The position numbers and the translations under genes are program-made. A stretch of DNA of 64,000 nt, taken from the IMG/VR virus record IMGVR_UViG_3300021961_000025. One strand, given 5' to 3'. The first letter of the stretch is position 1. Every line of letters starts with the position of its first letter. The DNA is from a virus. Shown here in pieces: positions 1 to 8,241 of this stretch. A model generated the notes under the pieces. The model was not told where the DNA came from. It searched no databases and worked only from the letters and a program-made list of their open reading frames with translations.

Positions 1-2
1 AT

Positions 3-575
3 TTAGCTAATCATTTTCCTTACAAGGTTATTCATCTTGATAAGGCAGAGGCAGACGACATCGTTGGTGTTCTTGTTAAGATGACTAATGAGTTTGGAGA
101 ATTCCAACAGAATATGATTATCAGTAGCGACAAAGACTTTAAACAGCTACAAAAGTATGGTAATGTAAAACAGTTTTCACCTATGCAAAAGAAAAGCGTA
201 GTGTTGAAACAAAACGAATATGATACGTTTCTGATTGAGCATATTGTAAGAGGGGATCCAGGAGATGGTATTCCTAACATTTTATCGGAAGACGATATCA
301 TTATGCAAGAGGGTGCAAGACAGCGACCAATTACACAAAAGATTCTTAAACGATTTTTTGCGAAGGGACGTGATGCTTGTGAAACTGAAGAAGAACGTAC
401 TCGTTGGGATCGTAATGAACAACTAGTAGATCTTAATAAGATTCCTGAAGAGATCGAAAAGAACATCTTATCTCAGTACCTAAATAATAAACCAAAGGGT
501 GACAAAATGTCTGTATATAATTATCTTATACAGAATCGTTGTCGTTTGTTACTTGACGAGATTGAGGAGTTTTAA
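3..575 (+). CDS. rnh: RNase H / 5'-3' exonuclease (T4 rnh-like), 5'-truncated by window edge
   Basis: Frame is open from position 3 (LANHFPYKVIHLDKAEADDIVG); EADD, SSDKDFKQLQ and GDPGDGIPN motifs of the FEN/T4 RNase H family. Confidence 0.92.
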   Translation, partial: LANHFPYKVIHLDKAEADDIVGVLVKMTNEFGEFQQNMIISSDKDFKQLQKYGNVKQFSPMQKKSVVLKQNEYDTFLIEHIVRGDPGDGIPNILSEDDIIMQEGARQRPITQKILKRFFAKGRDACETEEERTRWDRNEQLVDLNKIPEEIEKNILSQYLNNKPKGDKMSVYNYLIQNRCRLLLDEIEEF

Positions 576-691
576 TGGGCGATGGTGGAAAAGGAAGTAA
601 ACCAAGACCGATTCCAGATCCTCAAAAGTTTGAAGAGAACTGGGACAGAATCTTCGGCAAGAAACCGAAAAAGATAATGGAGATACTATGA
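575..691 (+). CDS. Small conserved phage protein (38 aa, MGDGGKGSKPRP...FEENWDRIFGK)
   Basis: Not in ORF track; TAATG overlap with rnh stop and ATGA overlap with next gene. Confidence 0.7.
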   Translation: MGDGGKGSKPRPIPDPQKFEENWDRIFGKKPKKIMEIL

Positions 692-1074
692 GAAAAGAAG
701 CATGGGAAATACTAGAAGATATCAATAAAGATAATTCTGCTATTTCTAAATATAAAGAAAACACTATGTTGAAGTTGTTGCTACAAAATAACTTCGTTGA
801 AGAAAACAAATGGCTACTGCCAGAGGGAAATCCTCCATACAAATCATCTGTTGAACCAGAGGGTATGGCACCAAACAATCTCTATATGGAATGTGGTCGT
901 TTTTATGTTTTCCGTAGACAGGATTTGAAACCTGTAAGACGTGAAACAATTTTTATTGGAATGTTAGAGTCAGTTGATCCTAAAGAGGCAAAGATTTTGC
1001 TAGCAGTTAAAGATCAACAGTTAAGTAAACTCTATCCAAACATAACTAAAGAGGCAGTAAAGGAACTATTATAA
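688..1074 (+). CDS. Conserved T4-like phage protein (DUF6433-like)
   Basis: LPEGNPPY and RRETIFIGMLESVDPKEA motifs typical of the gene following rnh in aquatic T4-like phages; GGAG SD. Confidence 0.7.
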   Translation: MRKEAWEILEDINKDNSAISKYKENTMLKLLLQNNFVEENKWLLPEGNPPYKSSVEPEGMAPNNLYMECGRFYVFRRQDLKPVRRETIFIGMLESVDPKEAKILLAVKDQQLSKLYPNITKEAVKELL

Positions 1075-1076
1075 GT

Positions 1077-1283
1077 ATGCTGCACAAAGTCTCTGAATTC
1101 GTAGAACAAGTTAGAGCAATGAGTAAGTTGGCTGATCGATTGGAAGATTTGAAATATAATCAACCAAAGTCACCAGCACGAGATCTTCTTGTTGACGATC
1201 TAATTGCTCAAATAAAATACCTTGCTTTACTAATTCACAAAGACAATCAACCTTACGAGAAAAATAAAAATGAAGATTTGTAA
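1077..1283 (+). CDS. Hypothetical protein
   Basis: ORF packed between neighbours. Confidence 0.6.
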   Translation: MLHKVSEFVEQVRAMSKLADRLEDLKYNQPKSPARDLLVDDLIAQIKYLALLIHKDNQPYEKNKNEDL

Positions 1284-1512
1284 TCTAAAAGAAAAGGCAA
1301 CTGATCGCTTATTTCCTGCAGAGGTACGTCAGTGGGACAATGATAAGTTAGTTACTGTTCATCGTGGCTGGGATGATCCTCACCTTGTTGTGCAAGAATT
1401 TACCGAGTATAATGATGGTCAGTGGGAGAACGCAGAGTTTGTTGCGAACGTTGCAACTCCTGCCGAAGAAGAAAAAAAAGAAAAGCTAATTAAAATTTAT
1501 AAGAATCAATAA
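1270..1512 (+). CDS. Hypothetical protein
   Basis: ORF overlapping neighbours in operon fashion. Confidence 0.6.
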   Translation: MKICNLKEKATDRLFPAEVRQWDNDKLVTVHRGWDDPHLVVQEFTEYNDGQWENAEFVANVATPAEEEKKEKLIKIYKNQ

Positions 1513-1595
1513 TGATTATTGCGATACTAACTTATGTAGCTTTATTGCTACCAGCAGTCGTACTGCTGTATAAATGGAACAATGAGAAACTATGA
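1512..1595 (+). CDS. Small single-TM protein (27 aa)
   Basis: MIIAILTYVALLLPAVVLLYKWNNEKL; TAATG and ATGA overlaps on both sides. Confidence 0.5.
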   Translation: MIIAILTYVALLLPAVVLLYKWNNEKL

Positions 1596-2029
1596 ATGAT
1601 AATGTAATTACTTTACACGAAACACCAGTCCACAAGTTTGCGACGATGCGTGATCAGAAACTACTTTTTGAAATGAATGGTTTTCTATTTCGTACCACTG
1701 TTGATAAAATTGACGAAGTCCTACCCAACGACATTCAACGTTACTGCGTCAATCACGTACTTTATATGATGGACTGTCATCGTCAAGATGCGTTCGATGC
1801 AGACATGCCTATGCATATTGTGCAAATGAATAATACTGCAACTATCCACGGATCTCGTGTAGATATCGATGTTAAACTAGAGGACGAAACCGAACTACCA
1901 TCCTACATGGCTAAGGGTGTAAAAGGAACTTCTTGGTCTATTCATAACAATCCTGATCAAAACGAAGAGTCCATTAAGAAGATTAATTATGGCTCTATCA
2001 TTCACAATCTTACCGACTGCGAGGGGTAG
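1592..2029 (+). CDS. Hypothetical protein
   Basis: 145-aa ORF, operon-coupled. Confidence 0.65.
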   Translation: MNDNVITLHETPVHKFATMRDQKLLFEMNGFLFRTTVDKIDEVLPNDIQRYCVNHVLYMMDCHRQDAFDADMPMHIVQMNNTATIHGSRVDIDVKLEDETELPSYMAKGVKGTSWSIHNNPDQNEESIKKINYGSIIHNLTDCEG

Positions 2030-2323
2030 TAGTTGGGGTTCCCCATCCCTCTAATCCCTCTCTCCACGTCTCTAAAGCGTTCCTAAGGGCACTTTTAAGG
2101 GTGTTTTAAATGACTAGAAAAGAAGAATTTGAGTTTTGGTATGATCGGTGTTTCTTGCAAAACCCTAGTCTGTGGGAGGCATGGCAAGCAGGGTATAAAC
2201 AGGGTCGAAATAATGCCTTTGCAAGGAAAGATTGCCCACCAGAGATTTTCACTATTCCTAAAAAAGACAAATAAACTGTTGATTTTACAGGCAAAAAAAG
2301 TTTCAAAAAAGTGAAAATAAGTG

Positions 2324-2352
2324 TTGACTTCTTGCAAGAAATATGCTATAAT
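2324..2352 (+). promoter_or_regulatory. Early sigma70-type promoter
   Basis: TTGACT-N17-TATAAT with extended -10 TG and upstream A-tracts. Confidence 0.9.
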
Positions 2353-2358
2353 AGGTGT

Positions 2359-2661
2359 ATGAAAATTGAAAAAGAAGGAAATATTATGATTAGTTATGCA
2401 ACCTTTGATCCTGATAAGGATTACCCACCTACTACATTCTGTAAGTCTCTATGCGAGAAAGCAAATCTTGCATGGAAAGCGTATGCCGATGGCGAGATCG
2501 TTTCGGTCTATGCTGACGTAGAGTGTATGGGTACACCATACCAAGTTTCTGATTACTTTGCAAATCTTTGCACTGATGAGGAAAAACAAGATCCAAACTA
2601 TAACGATATCCTTGACGATATCGAATTGTTTGTTGACGAAAATAACGCAAGTTTGAACTAG
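2359..2661 (+). CDS. Hypothetical early protein (start 2359 or 2386)
   Basis: Track start 2311 lies upstream of the promoter; ATG 2359 at predicted +1, in-frame ATG 2386 with AAGGA SD. Confidence 0.7.
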   Translation: MKIEKEGNIMISYATFDPDKDYPPTTFCKSLCEKANLAWKAYADGEIVSVYADVECMGTPYQVSDYFANLCTDEEKQDPNYNDILDDIELFVDENNASLN

Positions 2662-2671
2662 GAGATACATT

Positions 2672-2884
2672 ATGAAATACGTTGCTTATATTTTTATTAT
2701 TGGTGGTTTGTTTACTGTTATGGGTGCTGTTGGAAACGATGATTTCCACCACATTGAGTTAGTTAAGGCTGGTGAATTTGTTGCAGAAGAAGCACCAAGT
2801 TTATTTCAAACTTTAATGCTTTCTGTGTCAGGTTTGTTAGCTATGGGAATCGGTGCTTTACTTTTAAATAAAACGGAGGCATAA
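2672..2884 (+). CDS. Hypothetical 2-TM membrane protein
   Basis: AGGAG SD, two hydrophobic segments. Confidence 0.7.
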   Translation: MKYVAYIFIIGGLFTVMGAVGNDDFHHIELVKAGEFVAEEAPSLFQTLMLSVSGLLAMGIGALLLNKTEA

Positions 2885-3069
2885 TGCATAGCGAGGACAT
2901 TAAACGAGCAAGAGAGATGGGTTGGAAACCTAACAATGATCCTTATTCAAAGAAACCGCAAACTGCAAAACTTGCTCCTGCAGAAGAATTGCAAGAGAAC
3001 GAAGAATTACAAAAACAGTACGAGATGATGTCTCGATTGGCAGATGAAGAGTATCAGGGAGGATACTAA
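2884..3069 (+). CDS. Hypothetical protein
   Basis: GGAGG SD, TAATG overlap. Confidence 0.65.
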   Translation: MHSEDIKRAREMGWKPNNDPYSKKPQTAKLAPAEELQENEELQKQYEMMSRLADEEYQGGY

Positions 3070-3083
3070 AGTGAAGAAAGTGC

Positions 3084-3112
3084 TTGACTTTTATAAAAAT
3101 TTCGAGTATAAT
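3084..3112 (+). promoter_or_regulatory. Early sigma70-type promoter
   Basis: TTGACT-N17-TATAAT. Confidence 0.88.
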
Positions 3113-3137
3113 AACAAGGTAACAAAAGAGGTATATT

Positions 3138-3311
3138 ATGGCTAAAGTGAAAAGTTGGTTGATGGATTTGGAAGATGATGCTACTTATATGAGCAAGTCT
3201 GAATTCGTTAAGACGCATGGTGAAAGATACGCAGATATCTGGGAAAGGGTTAATTATGAAATGTTAAATGATGAACCTTATTTCGATGAAAGTGATCGAG
3301 CACCTTTGTGA
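3138..3311 (+). CDS. Hypothetical early protein (57 aa, MAKVKSWLMDLEDDA...)
   Basis: Not in track; GAGG SD after the promoter, TGATG overlap with next gene. Confidence 0.7.
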   Translation: MAKVKSWLMDLEDDATYMSKSEFVKTHGERYADIWERVNYEMLNDEPYFDESDRAPL

Positions 3312-3730
3312 TGCAGTCTAAATTTCAACAACTGTTTATGAAATTTGCAGAAGAAACTGCTAAAGTCTCTTCTGCTACGAAACTGCAAGTTGGTGCAGTT
3401 ATAGTGAAGAACAATCGAGTTATTTCGATTGGATACAATGGTACTCCTGCTGGATGGGATAACGTTTGCGAGGATGCTGATGGTCACACTAAATCTGAGG
3501 TAATGCATGCTGAAGAGAATGCGATACTTAAACTTGCTAGAGATGGCGAGTCTGGTTTAGGAAGTTGGATGTTTTTAACCCACGCACCTTGCATACATTG
3601 TGCGAGAATGATACATGGAGTAGGAATAAATACTATTGTTTATGGACAAAAATACAAAAACGACGAAGGACTGGAATTTCTGGAAAAGTCAAATATACCG
3701 ACTTTCCACTTCCAACAATCTCATTCTTAG
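3311..3730 (+). CDS. cd: dCMP deaminase
   Basis: VGAVIVK, SIGYNGTPAG, HAEENAI and APCIHC Zn-binding motifs. Confidence 0.9.
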   Translation: MQSKFQQLFMKFAEETAKVSSATKLQVGAVIVKNNRVISIGYNGTPAGWDNVCEDADGHTKSEVMHAEENAILKLARDGESGLGSWMFLTHAPCIHCARMIHGVGINTIVYGQKYKNDEGLEFLEKSNIPTFHFQQSHS

Positions 3731-4457
3731 AATAGGCTACTATGGATTTCTTCATGCTCTTGCTCTTTATGGGATTATTAGTTGGGGGAGTTTGGGGTTT
3801 GTGGCGACTGCTCTCGGAATTTGGTTTGTGGGGGGGATTGCTGTTAGTGTTTATGTCCATCGTGGTTTGGCTCATGGAGTCGTTCAATTTCATCCAGTAA
3901 TAGAGTATATACTTTTAATTTTCTCAATAGGTAGTGGCATAGGTACACCAGTAGGATGGGCAGCAATCCATCGAATGCATCACGAATATTTGGACACGGA
4001 TCAAGATCCACATAGTCCTTGGCGTATAGGTTTTTGGAGAAGTTATTTTCATTTATGGAACTGGGAGGCAAAAGATGTGCCTTACCGAATGGCAAAAGGT
4101 TTGATTAGTAACAAACGTGCTATGATGTTTCATAATTGGGCAGTACCAATTCTAATTCTATTTTGGATTGGTTGTTTTAGTTTCGGTATGTGGTTTGCCA
4201 CTGCAGCAGCATTAGGTGCAGCATTTGGTGTTCACGGAATGGGATTAACAAATGCTTTTAGTCATCATGGCAAAGAGCGAAAAGAGATTCGAGATTTACC
4301 GAAGTGGTTATCTTGGGTTAACGTAGGTGAAGGACAGCACGAATATCATCATGCTCGTCCATGGGATTATAGTTTCGGAAAAGGGTACTCTGATATCGGT
4401 GCAAGATTTGTTGAGGTATTAGAGAAATTGGGTTTGGCTACTATCAAAAGGAAATGA
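3642..4457 (+). CDS. Membrane fatty-acid desaturase (delta-9/OLE1-like)
   Basis: Three His boxes HRGLAH, HRMHH, HEYHH plus DPHSP and TM segments; start uncertain (overlaps cd). Confidence 0.88.
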   Translation: MDKNTKTTKDWNFWKSQIYRLSTSNNLILRIGYYGFLHALALYGIISWGSLGFVATALGIWFVGGIAVSVYVHRGLAHGVVQFHPVIEYILLIFSIGSGIGTPVGWAAIHRMHHEYLDTDQDPHSPWRIGFWRSYFHLWNWEAKDVPYRMAKGLISNKRAMMFHNWAVPILILFWIGCFSFGMWFATAAALGAAFGVHGMGLTNAFSHHGKERKEIRDLPKWLSWVNVGEGQHEYHHARPWDYSFGKGYSDIGARFVEVLEKLGLATIKRK

Positions 4458-4465
4458 TATCCAGT

Positions 4466-4542
4466 GCGAGCATAGCCCAATCGGTAGAGGCAACAGACTT
4501 AAAATCTGTACAGTGTGGGTTCGAATCCCACTGCTCGTACCA
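4466..4542 (+). tRNA. tRNA-Leu(TAA), short variable arm
   Basis: Cloverleaf; anticodon arm ACAGA-CTTAAAA-TCTGT; TTCGAAT T-loop; encoded CCA. Confidence 0.88.
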
Positions 4543-4544
4543 TA

Positions 4545-4621
4545 GTCCCTTTAGTTCAGTTGGATAGAACAACAGTCTTCTAAACTGTAGGTCGCAGGTT
4601 CGAATCCTGCAGGGGACGCCA
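4545..4621 (+). tRNA. tRNA-Arg(TCT)
   Basis: Cloverleaf; ACAGT-CTTCTAA-ACTGT; encoded CCA. Confidence 0.95.
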
Positions 4622-4650
4622 TTTACTAAATAACAGATTAAGGAGAAATT

Positions 4651-4947
4651 ATGATCAAAAAAACATTGCTAAAGAATGATGATTATTCTCTGACTGTTAG
4701 TGTTTCTCGTACTATACCATCGGACTTGTATGAAGTTAAGTTTATTCAACAATACGAACTAGACGAGAGAATGAATACTTGCGACAGATTCTTTTTGACT
4801 AAAGAGAGTCTTGCCACTTTAAAAGAAGCATTAAACGTTGAAGAATTATATAACCCAAAATGTGAAGTGTGTGGGTTTATCAACAACATGGAGAAAGAAC
4901 CTCCTGTTATAATCTGTTCTTCATGCGGAAATATGCTTAAAAAATGA
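4651..4947 (+). CDS. Hypothetical protein with C-terminal Zn ribbon
   Basis: CEVC...CSSC; AGGAG SD; CTAAATA at 4626. Confidence 0.7.
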   Translation: MIKKTLLKNDDYSLTVSVSRTIPSDLYEVKFIQQYELDERMNTCDRFFLTKESLATLKEALNVEELYNPKCEVCGFINNMEKEPPVIICSSCGNMLKK

Positions 4948-5063
4948 GTTTTGGACGAGATCCATTTAAAGAACCAGACAAGGAAGTTAAGGGAATAGAA
5001 CCATTATTATTCGTAATGTTGTTTCTTTTTCTATGGTTATTACTTTCTTATTTGACTAAATAA
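4944..5063 (+). CDS. Small membrane protein (39 aa)
   Basis: MSFGRDPFKEPDKEVKGIEPLLFVMLFLFLWLLLSYLTK; ATGA overlap. Confidence 0.5.
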   Translation: MSFGRDPFKEPDKEVKGIEPLLFVMLFLFLWLLLSYLTK

Positions 5064-5068
5064 TATTA

Positions 5069-5117
5069 CACGTTCATCTCGAAAGAGACGGAAGTAAGCG
5101 AATGCTGAAGGAACGCA
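5069..5117 (+). ncRNA. Glutamine riboswitch (glnA RNA motif)
   Basis: CGTTC...GGAAGTAA...GAAGGAACG three-stem architecture with TCTC-GAAA-GAGA and AGC-GAAT-GCT hairpins, upstream of a small ORF. Confidence 0.85.
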
Positions 5118-5140
5118 CCCAACTAAACTAAGGAGGGTGT

Positions 5141-5332
5141 ATGGAAAGATTTACACATCTCTTAAAGTCTTACAGCGAGATCGCCGAAAAGCGTAAAAAA
5201 GATAAATTGTTATTTGCTGCAAGAAAAGAGATTGAGATAAATGGGAATGGTACCTCTGGATATATGATAAAACATGGTCCAAATAAAGGTAAAGTTCTAC
5301 AACATATTTCTATTAAAAAAAGAGATATATAA
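5141..5332 (+). CDS. Small protein downstream of the glutamine riboswitch
   Basis: AGGAGG SD; EINGNGTSGY..K.GPNKGK motif. Confidence 0.8.
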   Translation: MERFTHLLKSYSEIAEKRKKDKLLFAARKEIEINGNGTSGYMIKHGPNKGKVLQHISIKKRDI

Positions 5333-5350
5333 TTTATTTCTTGCAAATGC

Positions 5351-5379
5351 TTGACTAATTCTTCAAGTTGTAGTATAAT
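5351..5379 (+). promoter_or_regulatory. Early sigma70-type promoter
   Basis: TTGACT-N17-TATAAT with no ORF downstream before the tRNA. Confidence 0.85.
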
Positions 5380-5385
5380 GTATAA

Positions 5386-5580
5386 CCTAAATGATGGTTA
5401 TATACTAACTTGAGTTGAAGAGATTCTACCAGACGATGACAAACATCGTTGATCATTGACGATGCTTATACGCATCATGAGATCTCTCGTTCTGAGATTG
5501 GTAGGTGTGGTGGAGACGAATACCACTTGAATATAAACGTCAAAGGAGTGGGGTGCGCATACTCGTCCGATTGACATTCA
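5386..5580 (+). ncRNA. Candidate structured ncRNA of unknown family
   Basis: ORF-free ~195 nt after a strong promoter; nested helices CTACCA/TGGTAG enclosing three hairpins, plus GTGGT/ACCAC and TGAAT..GTCAA/TTGAC.ATTCA. Confidence 0.5.
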
Positions 5581-5645
5581 CGCACACTTTCTTTGCAACT
5601 AATCTTAAAGTATAATAATCCATATAAGACTACGGAGTGTTTTCT

Positions 5646-5721
5646 TCGCTCGTAGCTCAGTGGATAGAGCACTTGTCTACGGAACAAGGGGTCGCACGTT
5701 CGAATCGTGCCGAGCGAGCCA
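5646..5721 (+). tRNA. tRNA-Arg(ACG)
   Basis: TCGCTCG/CGAGCGA acceptor, CTTGT-CTACGGA-ACAAG anticodon arm, encoded CCA. Confidence 0.95.
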
Positions 5722-5752
5722 AGAAAACACTTCAGACAAGATAGGTGACAAC

Positions 5753-6208
5753 TTGTACAATACTGTTTCTGAAGATCATCCGTGGGGTATACTTTCGTAT
5801 AATCCCTCTTACAATCGACATCCTTACGAACGAATCTTCAAGCAATTAGAAGAACACGCTATACGCAACTATGGTGTACGTGATCAATTTAAACTTGCTG
5901 CAGGAGTTGTAAAGAAAAAGCAACTGATTACTATTGGCTATAATCAGTTAAAGTCCCATCCACTTCAGAGTCAGTTTGGTAAAAATTTCGATAGTGTTTT
6001 TCTCCATGCAGAAATAGACGCTATCCGTAAATCTTTACGACTACTAAATAGTAGTGAATTGTCAGACTGCGTTCTTTATGTTCTTAGGGTTAAGCGAGAT
6101 CCTAATGGTAATTGGATTCGAGGAATGTCAAAACCATGCGCAGGATGTTACAAAGCAATTAACAATTATGGTATAAAACGAGTTTATTATACCACAGATG
6201 GGGAATAA
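5753..6208 (+). CDS. Zn-dependent nucleoside/nucleotide deaminase (CDA superfamily)
   Basis: LHAEIDAI and SKPCAGC motifs; start reassigned to TTG 5753 (AGGTG SD) because the track start lies inside the tRNA. Confidence 0.82.
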   Translation: MYNTVSEDHPWGILSYNPSYNRHPYERIFKQLEEHAIRNYGVRDQFKLAAGVVKKKQLITIGYNQLKSHPLQSQFGKNFDSVFLHAEIDAIRKSLRLLNSSELSDCVLYVLRVKRDPNGNWIRGMSKPCAGCYKAINNYGIKRVYYTTDGE

Positions 6209-6213
6209 ATTAA

Positions 6214-7059
6214 ATGTTTGTAGCAACACATCCAAGAGAAGTTTTTAACTACACAGATGAAACTGTGATAGCAAACTCGCATCCACCTTACGCAGTAAAA
6301 CTCAAAGTCCCTTTCTCACGTCCATTCACTGACGAAGATTTCATTTCAAAACTACCTATTCCAAAATATTGGTTTGATCCAAAGCACATCCCTGAAAAGA
6401 TGACTTTGATTGATTACCTTATTCATCCTATTAAAAAAGATTATAATGCAGATGTAGGTTACTGTAGCGAGGGTAACTATCGTCAAGGAACTAACTTGGG
6501 TACGGATATTATTCGTATGCCAATGGATAAAATTGTTTGGAAAAACAAATACGAATTTTGGTGGTCTTGTATTGATATTATTAATAACGAAAATAGTTCA
6601 GATCTTGTTCATCCACGATTTACAAAATGGTTAAATGAAAGAGATCTTATTCTATTAGGTTGGGATATTTTTATTACACCACCTAATATGTGGTTGCTTT
6701 ATCACAAAGACACCTACAACGAATGCTGCAAATTAAACTTCGTATATCATTTTAATATGGATGGTTACTCTTGTCAAAGTTATTTTGACGATAATGCTAA
6801 AGGAGATGGTATTGTTTCTGGAGATCCAGATGTAAAATATCGTATTCCACCAGAAGTAAAACCAAAGATGATACACGAACATAATCTATCAAACGATTTA
6901 ACGATGCCATCACTAACCAACATTGGTAAGTGGCATTGTGTATATAACTCTACATCTGGACCAAGAGTTTGCCTTAGCTATATGATTGGTAAAAAAAATG
7001 GTAGAGATATAACTTGGGATAAAGTATATCCACAAGTTGAAAAGGATGTAATTTGGTAA
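6214..7059 (+). CDS. Cupin/Fe(II) oxygenase-like protein, family A copy 1
   Basis: YHKD...KLNF...SLTNIGKWH...R motif pattern shared with the next four ORFs. Confidence 0.65.
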   Translation: MFVATHPREVFNYTDETVIANSHPPYAVKLKVPFSRPFTDEDFISKLPIPKYWFDPKHIPEKMTLIDYLIHPIKKDYNADVGYCSEGNYRQGTNLGTDIIRMPMDKIVWKNKYEFWWSCIDIINNENSSDLVHPRFTKWLNERDLILLGWDIFITPPNMWLLYHKDTYNECCKLNFVYHFNMDGYSCQSYFDDNAKGDGIVSGDPDVKYRIPPEVKPKMIHEHNLSNDLTMPSLTNIGKWHCVYNSTSGPRVCLSYMIGKKNGRDITWDKVYPQVEKDVIW

Positions 7060-7664
7060 TGACTTACATCAAGCAAGTAAAGTTTCCATTCAATATACCT
7101 TATGACGATCCTATGATGATCCAATCTTTTCGTGAAGAAGCAAAGAAAGAGATTAAAAAAAATCCATTAGTTCAAAACTATGGCATCGATTATGACGCCA
7201 GTGGAGTTAGTGAAACTGCTCGTGCTTTCTTTAATCAACAGGGGTATGATGTAGTTGGATGCGAATACTTTTACTTTGAGCCAAATTTTAAAATGGGTAT
7301 TCATATTGATGGCAGTAAGTATTGCTACAAAGCAAAATTTAATTGGGTACTTAACGATAACGTAACGCATATCTTTAAATTCTTCGAGCCAATAGTAGAA
7401 GGAAAATCGGATGCTCACAACGATGGCAATAGTCCGTATAGTCTACAGTTTGATGAAAAAATGGTTGTCGAAAAAGAAGCAAATGTAATTGGCAAACCAA
7501 GTTTATGTATGGTGGGAGTTCCACACCAAGTAATTAATGGACCAAAAGAATTAGAATTATTTAATGTCTGTGTTTGGAAAAAAGGTGTAAAGAGATCTCA
7601 TCCAGATTTAGGTGGTATGGATATGCAAGATGCATTAAAGGATTTCAGTAAATATGTTATATAA
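7059..7664 (+). CDS. Cupin/Fe(II) oxygenase-like protein, family A copy 2
   Basis: IHIDG...KFNW...PSLCMVGVPH (HxD...H triad). Confidence 0.7.
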   Translation: MTYIKQVKFPFNIPYDDPMMIQSFREEAKKEIKKNPLVQNYGIDYDASGVSETARAFFNQQGYDVVGCEYFYFEPNFKMGIHIDGSKYCYKAKFNWVLNDNVTHIFKFFEPIVEGKSDAHNDGNSPYSLQFDEKMVVEKEANVIGKPSLCMVGVPHQVINGPKELELFNVCVWKKGVKRSHPDLGGMDMQDALKDFSKYVI

Positions 7665-8241
7665 AAGATTAAGACATCAAGAACACTTAGAACCAATTCC
7701 ACAACCATTAACACCTTTAGGTATGGCTTGGGCTAAAGACTATCCATTCGAAAAACAAACTAAAATATTTACTGAGAGGAATTTATTTAATCCTGAGTTT
7801 GAAGAATGGCTTTGGAAACATGGACAACTAAGAATTGCAGATATTGAATTGTTTTTAAATCCAGCTAATCACAGCATGCCTGTTCACATAGATGGTGAAA
7901 CAATTTGTGATGTCTGTAAAATAAACTTTGCATATTGCGATAGTCCTAGCTTTATGAAATGGTATAAACCTTTAGTTCCAGGAACTAGAGGAAACTTACC
8001 TTATGCAAATGGAAAACCAACCAACACTGTTGATATGTATTGGCAGTGGGATGGCGTAGAAGAATTAGAATCGGAAGAGATATCTATACATCTCGTGAAT
8101 GTAGGTGTTCCTCATAGTGTAACAACTACAGAAACTGAAAGGCGATGTTTATCTGTTAACCTAGATAAAATTATGCCTGATGGTACTGAAATTACTGAAG
8201 TGCCTTTTAGAATGGGTTTAGAATGTTTATCGCTCACTTAG
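7654..8241 (+). CDS. Cupin/Fe(II) oxygenase-like protein, family A copy 3
   Basis: VHIDG...KINF...LVNVGVPH...RRCLS. Confidence 0.7.
   Translation: MLYKRLRHQEHLEPIPQPLTPLGMAWAKDYPFEKQTKIFTERNLFNPEFEEWLWKHGQLRIADIELFLNPANHSMPVHIDGETICDVCKINFAYCDSPSFMKWYKPLVPGTRGNLPYANGKPTNTVDMYWQWDGVEELESEEISIHLVNVGVPHSVTTTETERRCLSVNLDKIMPDGTEITEVPFRMGLECLSLT

Noticed and set aside
2095-2337. Three short ORFs in the spacer before the promoter
   Set aside because: No SD, atypical composition, overlap promoter elements
5475-5752. ORF 5475-5687 (-) and the first 31 codons of ORF 5660-6208
   Set aside because: Both run through tRNA-Arg(ACG); artefacts of translating RNA genes
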